The notes beneath the pieces were generated by a model, which had not been told where the DNA came from, made no database searches, and worked only from the letters and a program-made list of their open reading frames with translations. Made by a program: the position numbers and the translations under genes. DNA of 63,994 bases, the filler included. It is 6 parts of 6 records of this genome, joined end to end, with 100 filler letters (N's around TTAATTAATTAA, not from the genome) between each part and the next. Parts side by side here need not be neighbours in the genome. Positions count along the whole stretch, not along the records: positions 36,266 to 42,620 come from SRR2962707_1831; positions 42,721 to 50,740 come from SRR2962707_1835; positions 50,841 to 58,734 come from SRR2962707_1836; 3 more parts are not named here. One strand, written 5' to 3'. This document shows, piece after piece, positions 41,497-53,825 of the stretch. The first letter of the stretch is position 1. Each line of letters begins with the position of its first letter.

Positions 41497-42390
41497 TCAT
41501 TCCGCTTTGACCTTGGCAACACTTTTCGTGAGTGCTGTCCACGTGCTGCCAGGCTGCAAATCCAAAGAAAATGTGTTCACGCCACGCGAATCAGACCGAG
41601 ACCACACACCACGCACAAGCAGAAACACTGTCAACGTGAGCATACATCGACCTCAAATGGTTATCTGCAAAGCCCAGCAACGTCAAATGCTCACCTTTTG
41701 CTTTGTGAGCCGAACTACGCAGCGCTTCCCACTCTTGGTCGTAGTCGCTCGCACTGCCTCCACAGGAGCGAACAGTGGCCCGACACGCAACGCATACTTC
41801 GTGCCCCCGGAACTCAACAACACAAGCACAAGCGTTGTGGAAGCCGACGGAACTGGCTCGAGCTGCACGGAGTGGCTCCACGTTTCAGCTGTGCCCAAGT
41901 CCGCGCCTGTCGCAGATCCTGTCGGAAAGTCCACGTAGAGTTTGATCAATTTCCCGCTATCTTCCCAAGAGTAGTTCCGCAGCGGATACGCTCCCGCGTC
42001 GGCAGGCAGTCGACTTGACCTGGGCGGAGGTGCTCCTGCTCCCGCTCCTCCTCCCTCAGCTGACGGAGCTGAAAAAGGCGACGAGCCAGAAGCCGAAGTT
42101 TTCGAAATCAGGGGTGGTGCTCCAATCCCATACCCGCCGCGTTTGCCGATCTTCTCAATGTCTACGTCAGACGCTTTGTTGCCACGAGAGTGAGCGTAGT
42201 AGTACGACATGTCTTTCTTCTTCTTGAGACTCTCCTGCAAGCTGAGCCCGCTACCAGCGCCGCTGCGACTGCCCCTGGCTGACTGCAGAAGCTGCGCGTT
42301 AGCACTGTGCCTGGCAAACAAGATCCACACGCCCACACAAGCGGAAATAACGCCCACTATCAACACAGCCACGAAAAAATCCGTGCCCAT
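41497..42390 (-). CDS. CS (p23/SGT1-like) domain protein with an N-terminal transmembrane segment, two exons
   Basis: Hydrophobic N-terminus; YSWEDSGKLIKLYV...LFAPV...VVRLTK; intron 41694-41554 (GT-AG, phase 0); ends PGSTWTALTKSVAKVKAE*. Confidence 0.72.
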
Positions 42391-42620
42391 GTCTGGATGG
42401 CTGTCCGGATGGATGTCTGGAGGGATGGATGGATGCTGGGTGCTTGTTTATTTCTTTTCCTTTGTTTTTCTTTTTTCTTTTTCTTTTTTTTTGTGCTTTA
42501 TTCCCGCTTCCGCAAGCGAAGCGCAGAGCGAACGCTATCTGTGCTACGAGCTCTTCATCCCCGCGGGGAGTCCACTCTGCACAGCAAGACGAACGCAAAA
42601 AAAAAAAAAAAAAAAAAAAA

Positions 42621-42720
42621 NNNNNNNNNNNNNNNNNNNNNNNNNNNNNNNNNNNNNNNNNNNNTTAATTAATTAANNNNNNNNNNNNNNNNNNNNNNNN
42701 NNNNNNNNNNNNNNNNNNNN
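42621..42720. other. Artificial contig linker
   Basis: N44-TTAATTAATTAA-N44, preceded by a poly-A run at 42597-42620. Confidence 0.98.
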
Positions 42721-42806
42721 TCTCTCTCTCTCTCTCTCCCTCTTTCTCTCGCTCTCTCTGTCTCTCTCTCGAAACTCTCGAAACTCTGGAAACTCTCGAA
42801 ACTCTC
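42721..42806. repeat. (TC)n microsatellite followed by four copies of the 9-bp unit GAAACTCTS
   Basis: Seen directly; the 9-bp units span 42771-42806. Confidence 0.85.
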
Positions 42807-43112
42807 TCCGTCCTCTCTTTGAGTGTAAGGCCCCCCCCGCTCGCTTTTTGAAACTTGCCACGGCCAAGTCCTTCGAGTCCGGCACAGTCGAGTCTTCAAC
42901 TTTTTCGCCACTGCTGCCTTTTTTCTTTTTTTATACGTACGTACGTGTTTCTTTTTCTTTTCTTTCTTTTTTCCCCCCTTTTTTTTTCTTCCAGTTTCCG
43001 GTTCTGGGGCGTCGCCCAATCTTCCCGCACTTTTCGGGCAGCCTTCAGCATGGTGTTGCCGATGCCTAGGTACTGAGGTGCGCGTGGGCACACTGGCGCA
43101 CTCGCTTCAAAT

Positions 43113-46100
43113 ATGGAAGGTGGTGCACCCGCTTCGCCGATGGAATTCGACGCTGTTCTTTCGAAGATTTCCAAGTCTCTTGACCAACATGCGCGTAGCG
43201 CCATAAAGTCGTTTCTGCGCCGGACAACGCCTAGCAAAAACGGTGGCTCTGGCCCGCTGTCGGCTCAAGAGCTTGTGAACGTCTTTGTGAACATGGATGT
43301 GGAGCTGAGTGAACAAGAAATTCAGTTTGTGATGGACGAAATGGGTGTCGACACTATATCGTTCGAGCAGCTTCTGCAGGTTGCGGACGTCCTTTCGGAG
43401 GTGGACGCCGCCACAGCACCTGACGTCGAAGACTACGCTGACAACAACGACGATCGCAACAACGCCAGGCCTGAAGAAGCGGTTCAAACACCACAGAGAG
43501 AGAGGGAGGAGACTGATCCAGATTTCGATCAAAAAACCATTCGTGGAATTATTGATGGGTCCATTGCAAACCCTATCCGAGCTCACGACGAGTATGGCTC
43601 TGGAAGCATCGAAGAAACACGCACCCAGGATGTCAATACGGCTTCGAACACCAACGGAAACGAGCGCTTTCGCGAACTTTCTGACGAGGCAACATCTGAA
43701 GATGCGACGGAAGATTTAGACCCCGACGATGAAGAACAAATGCAGCGAAGGCTTACAAACGACATGAAACACATTGAATTTCCTTGGAACTACAATGATG
43801 TTGGTATCCAGTCTGATGACGACGACAACCACAATAACTACAACAACAATAGGGGACATCTTTCATCCGAGCCTTCGAGGAGTGACGGCGCCAGCACTGC
43901 GAGCGGACGATTTGAATCGCATCCCCCAAACACGAAATTTAAAACTGATCGTGAAATGGATGCCCGACCAAGGGAGTTTGATCCCCAACAACACCCTTCG
44001 CTGCATAGCAACGTAGCGCGTGAGCCGTCCGCGCACTCTGATGTGGATGAAGGCAACAGCGTGGGTGACATTTCACCCATCAATCCCGTCGTGTACGAAG
44101 GAGGTGGCGATGACGGCTCACCTGTATGGAGTCACGTTGCTCGCCGTGATGCCCAAGACGCGTATAAAGCAACTCGCTCGACAGTCGAAGAAAACGAAGA
44201 CATGCTACGTTCATTGTTAAAGGAAGTTGATGCAAAGACTTCTGAAGCTGCCCAAGCGAAGCTCTCGGAGAAAGAGGCCGCATTGTTGATTCAGCGAACG
44301 GCGAGGTAAGTGGCGTTTTTTTGTGTTCCTTTTGGTGCGCCCAGGGTGTGAACGGTTCCAGTACATTCATGGCAATGGCCTGCTGTTGCTCAAACGCTTT
44401 CTTGCCTGTCTTGAATTTCCAGGGCTCACAAGCAAGAACAGGAGTACAGAGCTGAGAAAGATCGCTGGGTGGGAGGACAGCAAGCCGTCCGCCAAAAGGC
44501 ATCTGATGCCGCGCGATTAGCAAACGGCAATGGGCAAGAATTTACGGGCCCACTCTCGACCGCTTTTTTCTCACGTTTCGCAGCAAACAAAGTCGAAACT
44601 TGCCGGACCATTCAGCGCTGGTGGCGACGCCATGCACAGAATAAGGTGTTTCGCCTCCTGAAAAGAGCTGCAACACGCGCCGATGCCCAACCAAAATCGT
44701 CCGTGTCGGGATTGAATAAAGTCGAAGACCCCGACCTAACAACAACATCTGCTGAAGCTGCTGCAGTTGCCCTTCCTTCAACCAACCTGTATGCCGCTGC
44801 ACGTGGGGCCTCTGCTGTTGTCTCACCAAACACAGCTGACAAGGTGTTTCATAAATATGGAACGCCCTCTCGACCGGGTGGCTATGTTGTTGATGCCGCT
44901 CTGAACCCTGTCGGGGTTCGCCCCTCGTTCGTGAGCCGCACCAGCACTGCGACGACTATGCCGTACGGTCAATCAAGTGCCGACACTAGTGGAGCGAGTG
45001 GAAGCCAGCCCCCCTCTGAACATCAAGACCAACAAAGCGGCTCGGAGCAGCGAATGTATCCTCAGCCACACTTCTCGATTGCTCATGATAGCGATGGGTT
45101 TCATGTATCCGTGGACGCATCGCCACCCCCAAGCTCGGCAGACGAGCAGCGATTGTTGCAGACAACGCAACAATTCGGGGCCCCGAAGGTAACCCCAGAA
45201 AACGACGAAGACGCTGAAACCGTAGTTTCTCCCAGGCGAAAGCCCCACCGCCAAACCCATGAGAGTGCCGATGATAGCAACAGCGTAGGCAGCCTTGGTA
45301 GTGATGCCAAAACAGTTACATCCCCACGCCGCGGTTGGCAGGCAAGAATGATGCAAGCATTGACAGCGAGTGTCGATGGGCCGGGTGACAATGCTACAGA
45401 CAACCGCAGGTCCCACGATGACGACAATAGTGATGCTGGGGCTCAAGAGGACGACGACTCAGGATTCACTGTCAACTCACAGCACAGCCCCGGCCCACGT
45501 GTTTCGCAGTGGGCGAGTCCGGACGTTATGGGTTTACGTGCAGCCCTCGAGCGCGCTGGCATCGAAAATTCTGAGCTGCGGGTGGCACTAGAGAAGGAAA
45601 AGAGATCTTATGAAGGGCTGCGGATGGAGATGCAGCAAGTTGTGCTTCGCCAACGGAAGGCAGCAAAGAAAGCCATTGCACAGCAGCAAGCTACAACGCA
45701 GGTGGCGTTAAAGAATGCGGACGAGGTCATCGAACAGTACGTCTGCAAGCAACGATGTGGTTGTCACCTTTCAAAGAAGCGTCTGCTTTGTTCCTGCTGA
45801 CTAGTATGCTCGGCTTCAATTAAAAAACAGGTATCACAAGCAAAGTCTTGATGCTGGTTTGGAAAACGAACGGCTTGGTCTTCGCGTTGAGTCCCTGCAA
45901 CAGGCATTAGAGGCACAAAGAGCTGCGTGTGACGAGTTACGAAAAGAATTGAAGGCCCAAGAAGAACAAACTCTGAATGCTAAATCTGACCACCGCATGT
46001 TGGAATTGCGCTTGAAAACTGCAAGTGAACAAGCTGCAGAAAAGATGGATCAGCAAGGTATTGCACGGCGAGCTCAACTTTTCAAGCGTGGATGAGCCGA

Positions 46101-49100
46101 ATAGAATACGTTGACATGCATGTGTGTTATTGCTCTTTCCTGTGTAGTTGGACTTGAACGTCGCATTAGCGAACTCGAAGCTAAGCTTCTGGCAGCGCAG
46201 GAGAAGCACGGAGCCATCGAACAAGAACTAGAGGATGCCCAGTACCGAAACAAGGTTACTACTCGGACAGTTGATCATCTCAACGAAGAACATGGGCACC
46301 AAAAAAACGAAATTCTGGATCTACGCGAAGAGAATGGACAATTACTTGCGTCACGTGATATCCTCGCATCAGAAAATGCCAAGCTGGATGAGCAGCTGCG
46401 TGCTTTGCAAGATTTCGCCCAGGAGCAGTCAGAGACACTGCAGACTATCGGTGCGCAAAAGGTGGAACTAGCTGCCAAATTAGCTAGTCTTCACAAAGAA
46501 TTTCAGGAGCAACGTGCTGCCGCGGACAGCAGTGCCGTCACACAGCATCATCTCGCCAAGAACGCCGAGGAGCTGGCAAACGGCAAACAAGAAGCCGAGG
46601 AGCTGGCAGCGAAGCGGAAAACTGAGCTTGAAGCTGCCCATCGAGAGTTGGAGGAGCTCCGCAAGTACGATTTGTTTGTCTTTCTCATATTGTTTGCCAT
46701 CATGCATCCATTTGCTTCTTAACCGGTGTTGTTTCACATTGTTTTAGATACAAGCAAAATGCCGAAGGTCATCTAACCGCCCAAGGTGTGGCGCTTCAAG
46801 ATGTGCGACAAAAACAACAGGTTCTTCAAGACAAAGTTACTGAAGCAGGCAAACGCTCGAAGGCTAGCTTTAAGCCGCTTCGCAGTACATTGGCGAAACT
46901 GCGCAGCGAAGTTCTTGAACAAAATGAGGCCTTTCGAAAAGAAGTTGGAATCTTGAACGGTGCGTTTTGAGTATGCGACCCCGAACGGTGGTTTTGTACA
47001 GATACCTACATAGCACAACACAGATCAAAATTGCTGTGCTTGTCTCGTTTCGTACAGGACAATTCCGTGAACCTTTGTGGCGACTTCTTGACACACACCG
47101 CGGACAAAAGAAGCAAACGCTGGCACTACAGAAGCGAGTTGTCTATGAATGCAACATGCGGCGTTCAGCAATGCGCCAGGCATGTTCTCCCCATGCCGTG
47201 ATCTGACACATGCGTTGAATAGTTTTATCAGGCCTTGGACCTCGCGCCTCCCACTATTTTCAATTTTGGCATTGTGATGCAACAATGATGACACAGGTTG
47301 CGGAATTGCGTGGACCAGTTCAATCAGTGTGCTGGGTTGCGACGTCGTCAGCGGCAACTCATGGGGGGCCGTCTGCTGGTGACCTTGGCGACGCCCCCTA
47401 CGAAGAATTTGACGATGGCACGGAAATGGGAAGAGCTGCGCGGCAAAGCCCCATTGAGATGCTGGTGCCCCAAATTGTAGACAAGAGCGTAGCTGCGCTA
47501 TCGAAAGACGGCAGTACTAAACGCTATCGATTCAGCTCCGTTTTTGGGCCCACTGTGCGTCGTGCACTCAATTGCTATGCGTCTGTACGCTTGTTTGCAT
47601 GCGAAGGACAGGCGCCCGATGGTGTTTTAGAGTCACCATGTTGTCTTTTTTGCTTGTGTTGATACACCTTCTTGCAGGCTGACGTTCAAGACGTTCTGGC
47701 GAGCCTCCCTTCAACGATCAGAATGGCCATGGGTGGATATACGGCTCTAGTTTTTATGTTTTTCGTTATGGATCGAGACGGCATTTCGCAAGCAGCAACG
47801 TGCACTTTTGACACAATGTTTGACGAAGTCTTAGCTCTGAAATCCAACGTTGTTGAGCATGTTCAGCAGTCTGCAAAATCGGCAGCCCAAGCAATTGTTA
47901 CGACGACGACCCCTGGTTTGTGTGGGATATATTTTTTTCCCCGACCCCAATTCACTGCTAGCGAGTTCGCTCATTGCTTTGCTTATGACAAAATTGATCT
48001 TCAGGCGTTCACGAGCAACAGTTGTTGAAGTTCAAAATTATGACATCATTTGTGGCGATCCAGGAAAATGTAGTATTTGATCTGACCCCAGCTTCTCATG
48101 ATTACGACCATCAAGCTTCGGCTTCTGGTCTTGAGTCCAACGAAGATGGTCCACTTGGATCAACTGCGCACGCCACCATAGTGCGATCCAAAGCTCAATG
48201 TCGTCGCCAATTTGAGAGTGGGCTTGAGCGGTACATGAATCTTGTCAAGTCACGTGGATGGGCGATGTATAGCGCGGACCTTTTGTTTGCTGTGCGAATC
48301 GAAGTCACTGATTCGGTCACGAAAAAGACAAGTATTGGTATGTGCTTTCGCTTCTCTGTTTGCCGGTTGTGTCACTCTGTGCGACAGCTGAAGAAAGGGC
48401 AAAGGCAGTATGCTCGGCTGGCGGGCCAATCTGCCAGCTTGACCATTGTTATGATGTTTTTTGGGTCAGGCAACGTTTATTTGTCGCAACCAGCTTGTGT
48501 TCGCAATGCACGAAACGACCGTCTTTTGGGCAGCGGGTAGGTACCAGAGTGGGAGAAGGTTGACGTCAGTGCTGCGTCGAATATTTGTGCATGGATCGGT
48601 GATGACTTGACGGTTCACTGAGCGAACTTTTTGTATGGCTTGCACTCAGGCCTGCAAACCTTATTGCGGCTCGTTCGATGCGGGCACTTCGCGTATTTTT
48701 ACACTGCCTGCGTGGCACACACGCCGATCGAAACTCGTACTCGCATCACCGAATTGAGATGGAAGAAGCCGTCGCCCAATCGAAGCTTTTGTCCGTCCTT
48801 CATCGTGCCCAGGCATTTCCTTTGGCGGCTGAGGCCTCGTCCACAGCAGGGACAAGACGGGGCGGAGTGGAGTCCAAATTGCTGGTTTCGGTTTGTATCA
48901 AGCTGGATGCTGCATCCTTGGAACGGTCGTCGATCGAATACGTGCTTCAACTAGGAGTCATTGTTCACGAAGACGCCGCTGCGTCCGCGGGAAGGACGCA
49001 TGCAGCAAGCGGTGCACCTCACAGTACTGGATACAGTCAGGCCTTGCTGACGGCGTCCAAGATTCCAGAGCACCAAAGATATCGGCCAATCCCATCGCCA

Positions 49101-50027
49101 TACAATGCGCGAACCGCCAACTACACGCCCAATGGACCGCGTGATGCAGTCGGAGCAACACCGTTGACAAAGTATCTTGGAATTGACGACGTTGATGACC
49201 CTTATGACTTCGACGCACGTGCAGAACGACCGCGTGATAATCGACCGATGAACGACAATCGGCCTTCGGTGCAGCAAGATCGGGTCCGTGAGAGACAGAA
49301 TGCTTCCCATACCCAACCTGCGGACGGTGATATGGTTCACCGAGGCAACGGAATTGTCATAAACAGCAGTCCACAGCACCATCACCACCATCATCATCAC
49401 CACGGGCGTGTCGGCAATGGGCAAAGTCGAACGCAGGAACCAGCACAAAAGCTGCCAGCAAAAAGTCCCAGTAGCAGCCGGCTGGCCCGCGCAGAGGCAG
49501 CTCTTGCAGCAATGGAGCGTAAGCAGCAGGTTGGTGGCGTGAGCCACAACGGGCGCTCAAGTCGTTCTCATAGCAATCCCCATGACGTGCTTCGCAGCAT
49601 TGACCGAGTAGCCTCTCGAGGTAGTCAAAATAGAAGACCTCCCAAGTCAAGAGAGTACGTTTCTGCATTTGACTCACCGTCAATGACCCATCGTGGCAGC
49701 GGTTCTCAACGGGACACAAGACAAACTCATTTGATGGGGTACAGCGACCGTCGAAGCAGTTCTCTCGAGAACAATCATCACCCCCCGCGGTACGGAGGCG
49801 GAGGAAGCTTCGCAGCCCCGCAACACCAACGCGAGAATCGCCATCAACGTATCCCACGCCAACAAACGTACAACTCGACACCACATCAACATTCTCGAAA
49901 ATCGCACCCTTCACAGCAACAATCACACTCACATCATCACAGTCGAGCAGGTTATGCTCAACAACAAGTTCCAGGGTCCAAAAAAAAATCCTTTAACGAG
50001 TGGCTTCAAAATCAGTCATTCCAATGA
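43113..50027 (+). CDS. Large multi-exon eukaryotic protein: EF-hand-like region, two IQ motifs, coiled coil, degenerate kinesin-14-like domain, disordered tail
   Basis: GSGPLSAQELVNVF...LSEQEIQFVM (EF-like); LIQRTAR and TIQRWWRRH (IQ); coiled coil at about 45530-47180; RR-x7-ELRG neck, YRFSSVFGP, SKLLSVL; poly-His at 49377-49403. Exon model only partly resolved. Confidence 0.6.
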
Positions 50028-50644
50028 GCTGTGCAACCCATTCGAAGGATGCTGGCTGACCCGTGCGGCTCACTAATCAATAAAAGATCAATGATTTTCG
50101 CTCCCTTATTCTTCGTTCTTCAACTTTGCGCTTCTGCATCGACAGGAGCTCGTTGAAACTTGACTTGCGAAGTTGGAACTTCGAAAGCAACCACCCTTAC
50201 GCTGCAACACCAACACCTCCAGGCAAGCCTGAGACGGGTACGAATAAACACTGACATGAGAGGCAGAGGTTTCCAACATGCATTGCAATCACACCTCAAG
50301 TGCAGTCCTTGCCCTTCCAACAAAGCAAGACTTTCAGACTTTGGTGGGGGAATAGGTGCGCTTTGCCAACGTACTGGCATTCATGACATGCACAGCCGTG
50401 GCGCATTCCGCAGGTCACGATACCAGAAAAGCACGCAGACTCGCTGTCGGAGACTTGCTTCAAAATTACCGTTATAAAACGGTAATTCAATTTAGATCCC
50501 GATTTTGAATTTTGTCAGACAATTTTTTCTCCACTATTTAACAGGTTTCTCAAAGTGTTGCTTCCGTTTATATGCATGTTCAAAGTTCAAAATGCGGTGT
50601 TTTAAACATGCATTTTACAGACATTCCAACCGCCCGCACCCCGC

Positions 50645-50735
50645 ACTCACAAACTCACGAGCTCCCGAGCTCACAAACTCTCACTCTCTCGCTCTCTCAC
50701 TCACTCAAGAACTCAAGAACTCACACTCACTCACG
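50645..50735. repeat. Degenerate ACTC-rich low-complexity repeat at the contig end
   Basis: Seen directly. Confidence 0.7.
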
Positions 50736-50740
50736 TACGT

Positions 50741-50840
50741 NNNNNNNNNNNNNNNNNNNNNNNNNNNNNNNNNNNNNNNNNNNNTTAATTAATTAANNNN
50801 NNNNNNNNNNNNNNNNNNNNNNNNNNNNNNNNNNNNNNNN
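50741..50840. other. Artificial contig linker
   Basis: N44-TTAATTAATTAA-N44. Confidence 0.98.
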
Positions 50841-50933
50841 ATCATAAATATCACTGGATGGGTAGATAAACCCGTATTCTTTGCAGTGAGAAACAATGTT
50901 TTTTAATGATCCTCCGTCAGGTGTATTGCTCAT
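50841..50933 (-). CDS. glyQS: Glycine--tRNA ligase, N-terminal fragment
   Basis: Manual translation: MSNTPDGGSLKNIVSHCKEYGFIYPSSDIYD. Confidence 0.85.
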
Positions 50934-50939
50934 AGGCCG

Positions 50940-50947
50940 CAAAGATA
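50940..50947 (-). promoter_or_regulatory. Bacteroidota -7 promoter element
   Basis: TATCTTTG matches TAnnTTTG. Confidence 0.7.
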
Positions 50948-50993
50948 TATTTTGGAGCGGGCTTTTAGCTTTTCACTTTTGGCTTTTTAAAGG

Positions 50994-52937
50994 CTATCGA
51001 TCAAATTTTAACTGCATCTCGTCCAGACTCTTGATCGAGCCAACGGCAGTAAGCGTGTCCTTAATGCGTAATCGGGTATAACCATGCGTGATAATCGTTT
51101 GGCCACCTCGAACCACAGAAAGTATAATAATATCCGCAGGAAGTCGTAAGTCGCGAAGGGTAATCCCATGCAAATCTGGATTGAGCAACTCGATATCGCG
51201 GGTATCCTGACCTTTCTCCATTCCAAGAAGCAGTGAAGCTGCTTGAGGTGATCGAACAAAATGATCCAATAAACTCACAATGGCTGTAGACGGGTCGACA
51301 ATAAGAGCGCCAAGATCAAGGAATTTCTGAGAATTATATCGCTGATTCAATCGAACAATCACATCCTTGGTGCCTATTTTATGATAAATCATTTCTCCGA
51401 TCTTCAAATTTTCATCGTCAGAAAGCATCAACACGATAGCCTCGGATTTGTCTGCATCTATGCTAATGAATTCATCATAAGAGAAGTCCTTGAAGTAGGC
51501 AATATTCAAGTCTTCCGGTGCATCGAAACTCCCCTTTTCTTTCTTGGTAGCAATCTGGACTTCCCATCCATTCTCTTTTAATTGATGGGCCAATGCCACG
51601 GACTGACTTTCATATCCGACGATTATGGCATCTCGAATTCCATCAAACTCAGGCACTGGTGCCCTGCTCCGATCTTCGCCAACCTGGTAAATGGCCCACT
51701 TAAATAGTGGAGGCCCGATGAATTGATTAATAACAATAAGTGCAATAATGACTGTAGCGAATTGCTCCCCCCACCCAGGGAATTCGTTAGCAACTACGGT
51801 AGCAAGACCCAGAGCCACGCCAGCCTGGGTAATGTATGGCATCCACCCAAGGTGATTAAACTTCATGGGGTCTTTGGCAAGCATGCCCCCCGTGTATCCA
51901 CCAATAATCATGGTGATGATTCGAATGAGGAAGAGTATCAGGGCAACTCCTATGACTTCCCCAATAACGTTTAGGGCAAAAGAAGCTCCGGTCAGGGTAA
52001 AGAAGGCTACATAGACAGGTATGCTTACATCTTCGAGGATTTTTAAAAATTCTGGTCTGGCTTTACTGTAATTGGTAACATTGAAACTAGCTAGAATACA
52101 CATTAGAAGAGGCTCAAGAAATATTTTATGATCAAATTGAGCTTGAGTAAAATCAGCAACTTTATGAGATAAAAGGTAAGCCGAATAACCAATGAGAAGA
52201 ACTAATAAGGTTTTTGAAATCCTCCGAATTCGCCATTTAAGGGTTGTTTTCAGTAAATAACCGTAGACATAGAAACCAAGAACAAAGGAGAGACCTAATT
52301 CAAAGATTAGAATAAGAATTTCGATGTAGTTAAAGGCTTGTCCTGAAATAAGTACCTGAGAAAGAGAGATACAGATGGAAAACAAAATGATCACTAGAAA
52401 GTCTTTGACCACTGTTACTCCCATTACCGTTTGAACATAAGGTCCTTTGGCCCTCAATTCATTGATCACTGCAATAGCAGATGCAGGTGATCGAGCAACG
52501 AAGACTGCCCCGGTAATCATCGCAATGGACAATTTTGCGGCATTGTTCAACCCACTCATATAGGGAATGTGGTCGGCAACAAAGTAGACCATCAATGTGC
52601 CCAATACAAAAGTGATGACTAGTTGTCCGAAAGTGTTCCATTTGATGGAGTTGATCCTGCTTCTTAATTCACGTACATACAGCTCAGCTCCGGCTGCAAA
52701 AGCAATAAAGGCAAGTGCAATTTCATTAATGAAGTTTAGCCCGGATTTAGCAGAAACAGGAACAAGACCAATGATATAAGGTCCGGCGATGATGCCCGTG
52801 AAGATAAGCCCGGTGATAAGAGGTAATCTGATCTTCTGGAATGTCTTTGCAATCTGGTTGGCAGCAATGGAAATAATCACAAATCCTGCGATCAGCAAAA
52901 GGAGTTCCCGGTCAATTGTGAGTGATGATAATTCCAA
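50994..52937 (-). CDS. Cation:proton antiporter with TrkA-N and TrkA-C (RCK) domains
   Basis: Many hydrophobic segments, ARSPAS and TQAGVALGL motifs; C-terminal IIVGY and GITLRDL...ILSVVRG. Confidence 0.88.
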   Translation of the reverse strand: MELSSLTIDRELLLLIAGFVIISIAANQIAKTFQKIRLPLITGLIFTGIIAGPYIIGLVPVSAKSGLNFINEIALAFIAFAAGAELYVRELRSRINSIKWNTFGQLVITFVLGTLMVYFVADHIPYMSGLNNAAKLSIAMITGAVFVARSPASAIAVINELRAKGPYVQTVMGVTVVKDFLVIILFSICISLSQVLISGQAFNYIEILILIFELGLSFVLGFYVYGYLLKTTLKWRIRRISKTLLVLLIGYSAYLLSHKVADFTQAQFDHKIFLEPLLMCILASFNVTNYSKARPEFLKILEDVSIPVYVAFFTLTGASFALNVIGEVIGVALILFLIRIITMIIGGYTGGMLAKDPMKFNHLGWMPYITQAGVALGLATVVANEFPGWGEQFATVIIALIVINQFIGPPLFKWAIYQVGEDRSRAPVPEFDGIRDAIIVGYESQSVALAHQLKENGWEVQIATKKEKGSFDAPEDLNIAYFKDFSYDEFISIDADKSEAIVLMLSDDENLKIGEMIYHKIGTKDVIVRLNQRYNSQKFLDLGALIVDPSTAIVSLLDHFVRSPQAASLLLGMEKGQDTRDIELLNPDLHGITLRDLRLPADIIILSVVRGGQTIITHGYTRLRIKDTLTAVGSIKSLDEMQLKFDR

Positions 52938-53052
52938 GCTAGTGTCTTTTGGCGTACCTTTTGCAAAGATTAAATTCTATAAATAGACAGAACCGAAACC
53001 AATTGGTCTTACTGGCTCGTTAGTTCTATGTTTAATTTGTCAAGATAAAAAT

Positions 53053-53796
53053 ATGATTCGAAATACCCTCATTATTCTTTTATCACTTTGCATTTTCGCC
53101 ACATTTGGACAAGGTGGAGTTTCACATCAGTCATATGATGACCTTCTTCAAAAATACGTGGATGATAATGGCTTAGTCAATTATAAAGGATTACAAAGTG
53201 AACGTGCTAAGCTTAATTCATACCTTACTCTGCTTGGTCAAAACCCTCCAAAAGAGAGCTGGACGGATGATCAACAACTTGCCTATTGGATCAATGCCTA
53301 CAATGCATTTACACTAGAACTCATTTTGAGACATTATCCTGTTGAGAGTATCAAAGACATAGGTTCAACCATTAAGATCCCATTTGTTAGTACAGCCTGG
53401 GACATCAAATTCATAAGAATAGGGGATGAGGAGTATGACTTGAATAATATTGAGCATGGAATTATCAGAAAGGAATTTGATGAGCCACGGATTCATTTTG
53501 CATTGGTTTGTGCCGCCGTTTCATGCCCTAAGCTTCAGAATAGAGCTTACATTCCTGAAAAACTGGATGAACAATTGACCAAAGCAGCTAAAGAGTTCTT
53601 ATCCACCTCAACTAAGAACAACATCAAGAATAACCAACGAGTGATGTTGTCTAAGCTATTTGATTGGTACGGAGGTGATTTTAAGAACGAAGGAACATTA
53701 ATTGAATACATCAATAAGTATTCACCGGTACAGCTCAATAAGAACACCGGAATTGAATGGATGGATTACAATTGGGCGCTGAATGAGCAGAAATAA
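53053..53796 (+). CDS. Secreted DUF547-domain protein
   Basis: Signal peptide; LAYWINAYNA, LNNIEH, PRIHFALVCAAVSCP and YNWALN motifs. Confidence 0.9.
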   Translation: MIRNTLIILLSLCIFATFGQGGVSHQSYDDLLQKYVDDNGLVNYKGLQSERAKLNSYLTLLGQNPPKESWTDDQQLAYWINAYNAFTLELILRHYPVESIKDIGSTIKIPFVSTAWDIKFIRIGDEEYDLNNIEHGIIRKEFDEPRIHFALVCAAVSCPKLQNRAYIPEKLDEQLTKAAKEFLSTSTKNNIKNNQRVMLSKLFDWYGGDFKNEGTLIEYINKYSPVQLNKNTGIEWMDYNWALNEQK

Positions 53797-53818
53797 AAAA
53801 CCCGGCTTAGCCGGGTTT
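53795..53818. terminator. Intrinsic terminator between convergent genes
   Basis: AAAAAACCCGGC-TTA-GCCGGGTTT hairpin. Confidence 0.75.
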
Positions 53819-53825
53819 CAAAGTT

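Noticed and set aside
42597-42620. Poly-A run as an mRNA tail or retroelement end
   Set aside because: The contig contains introns and the run lies upstream of a minus-strand gene; it is most likely a genomic homopolymer that broke the assembly.
50106-50490. Short ORFs downstream of the kinesin-like gene
   Set aside because: No recognisable domain or consistent exon chain could be built.
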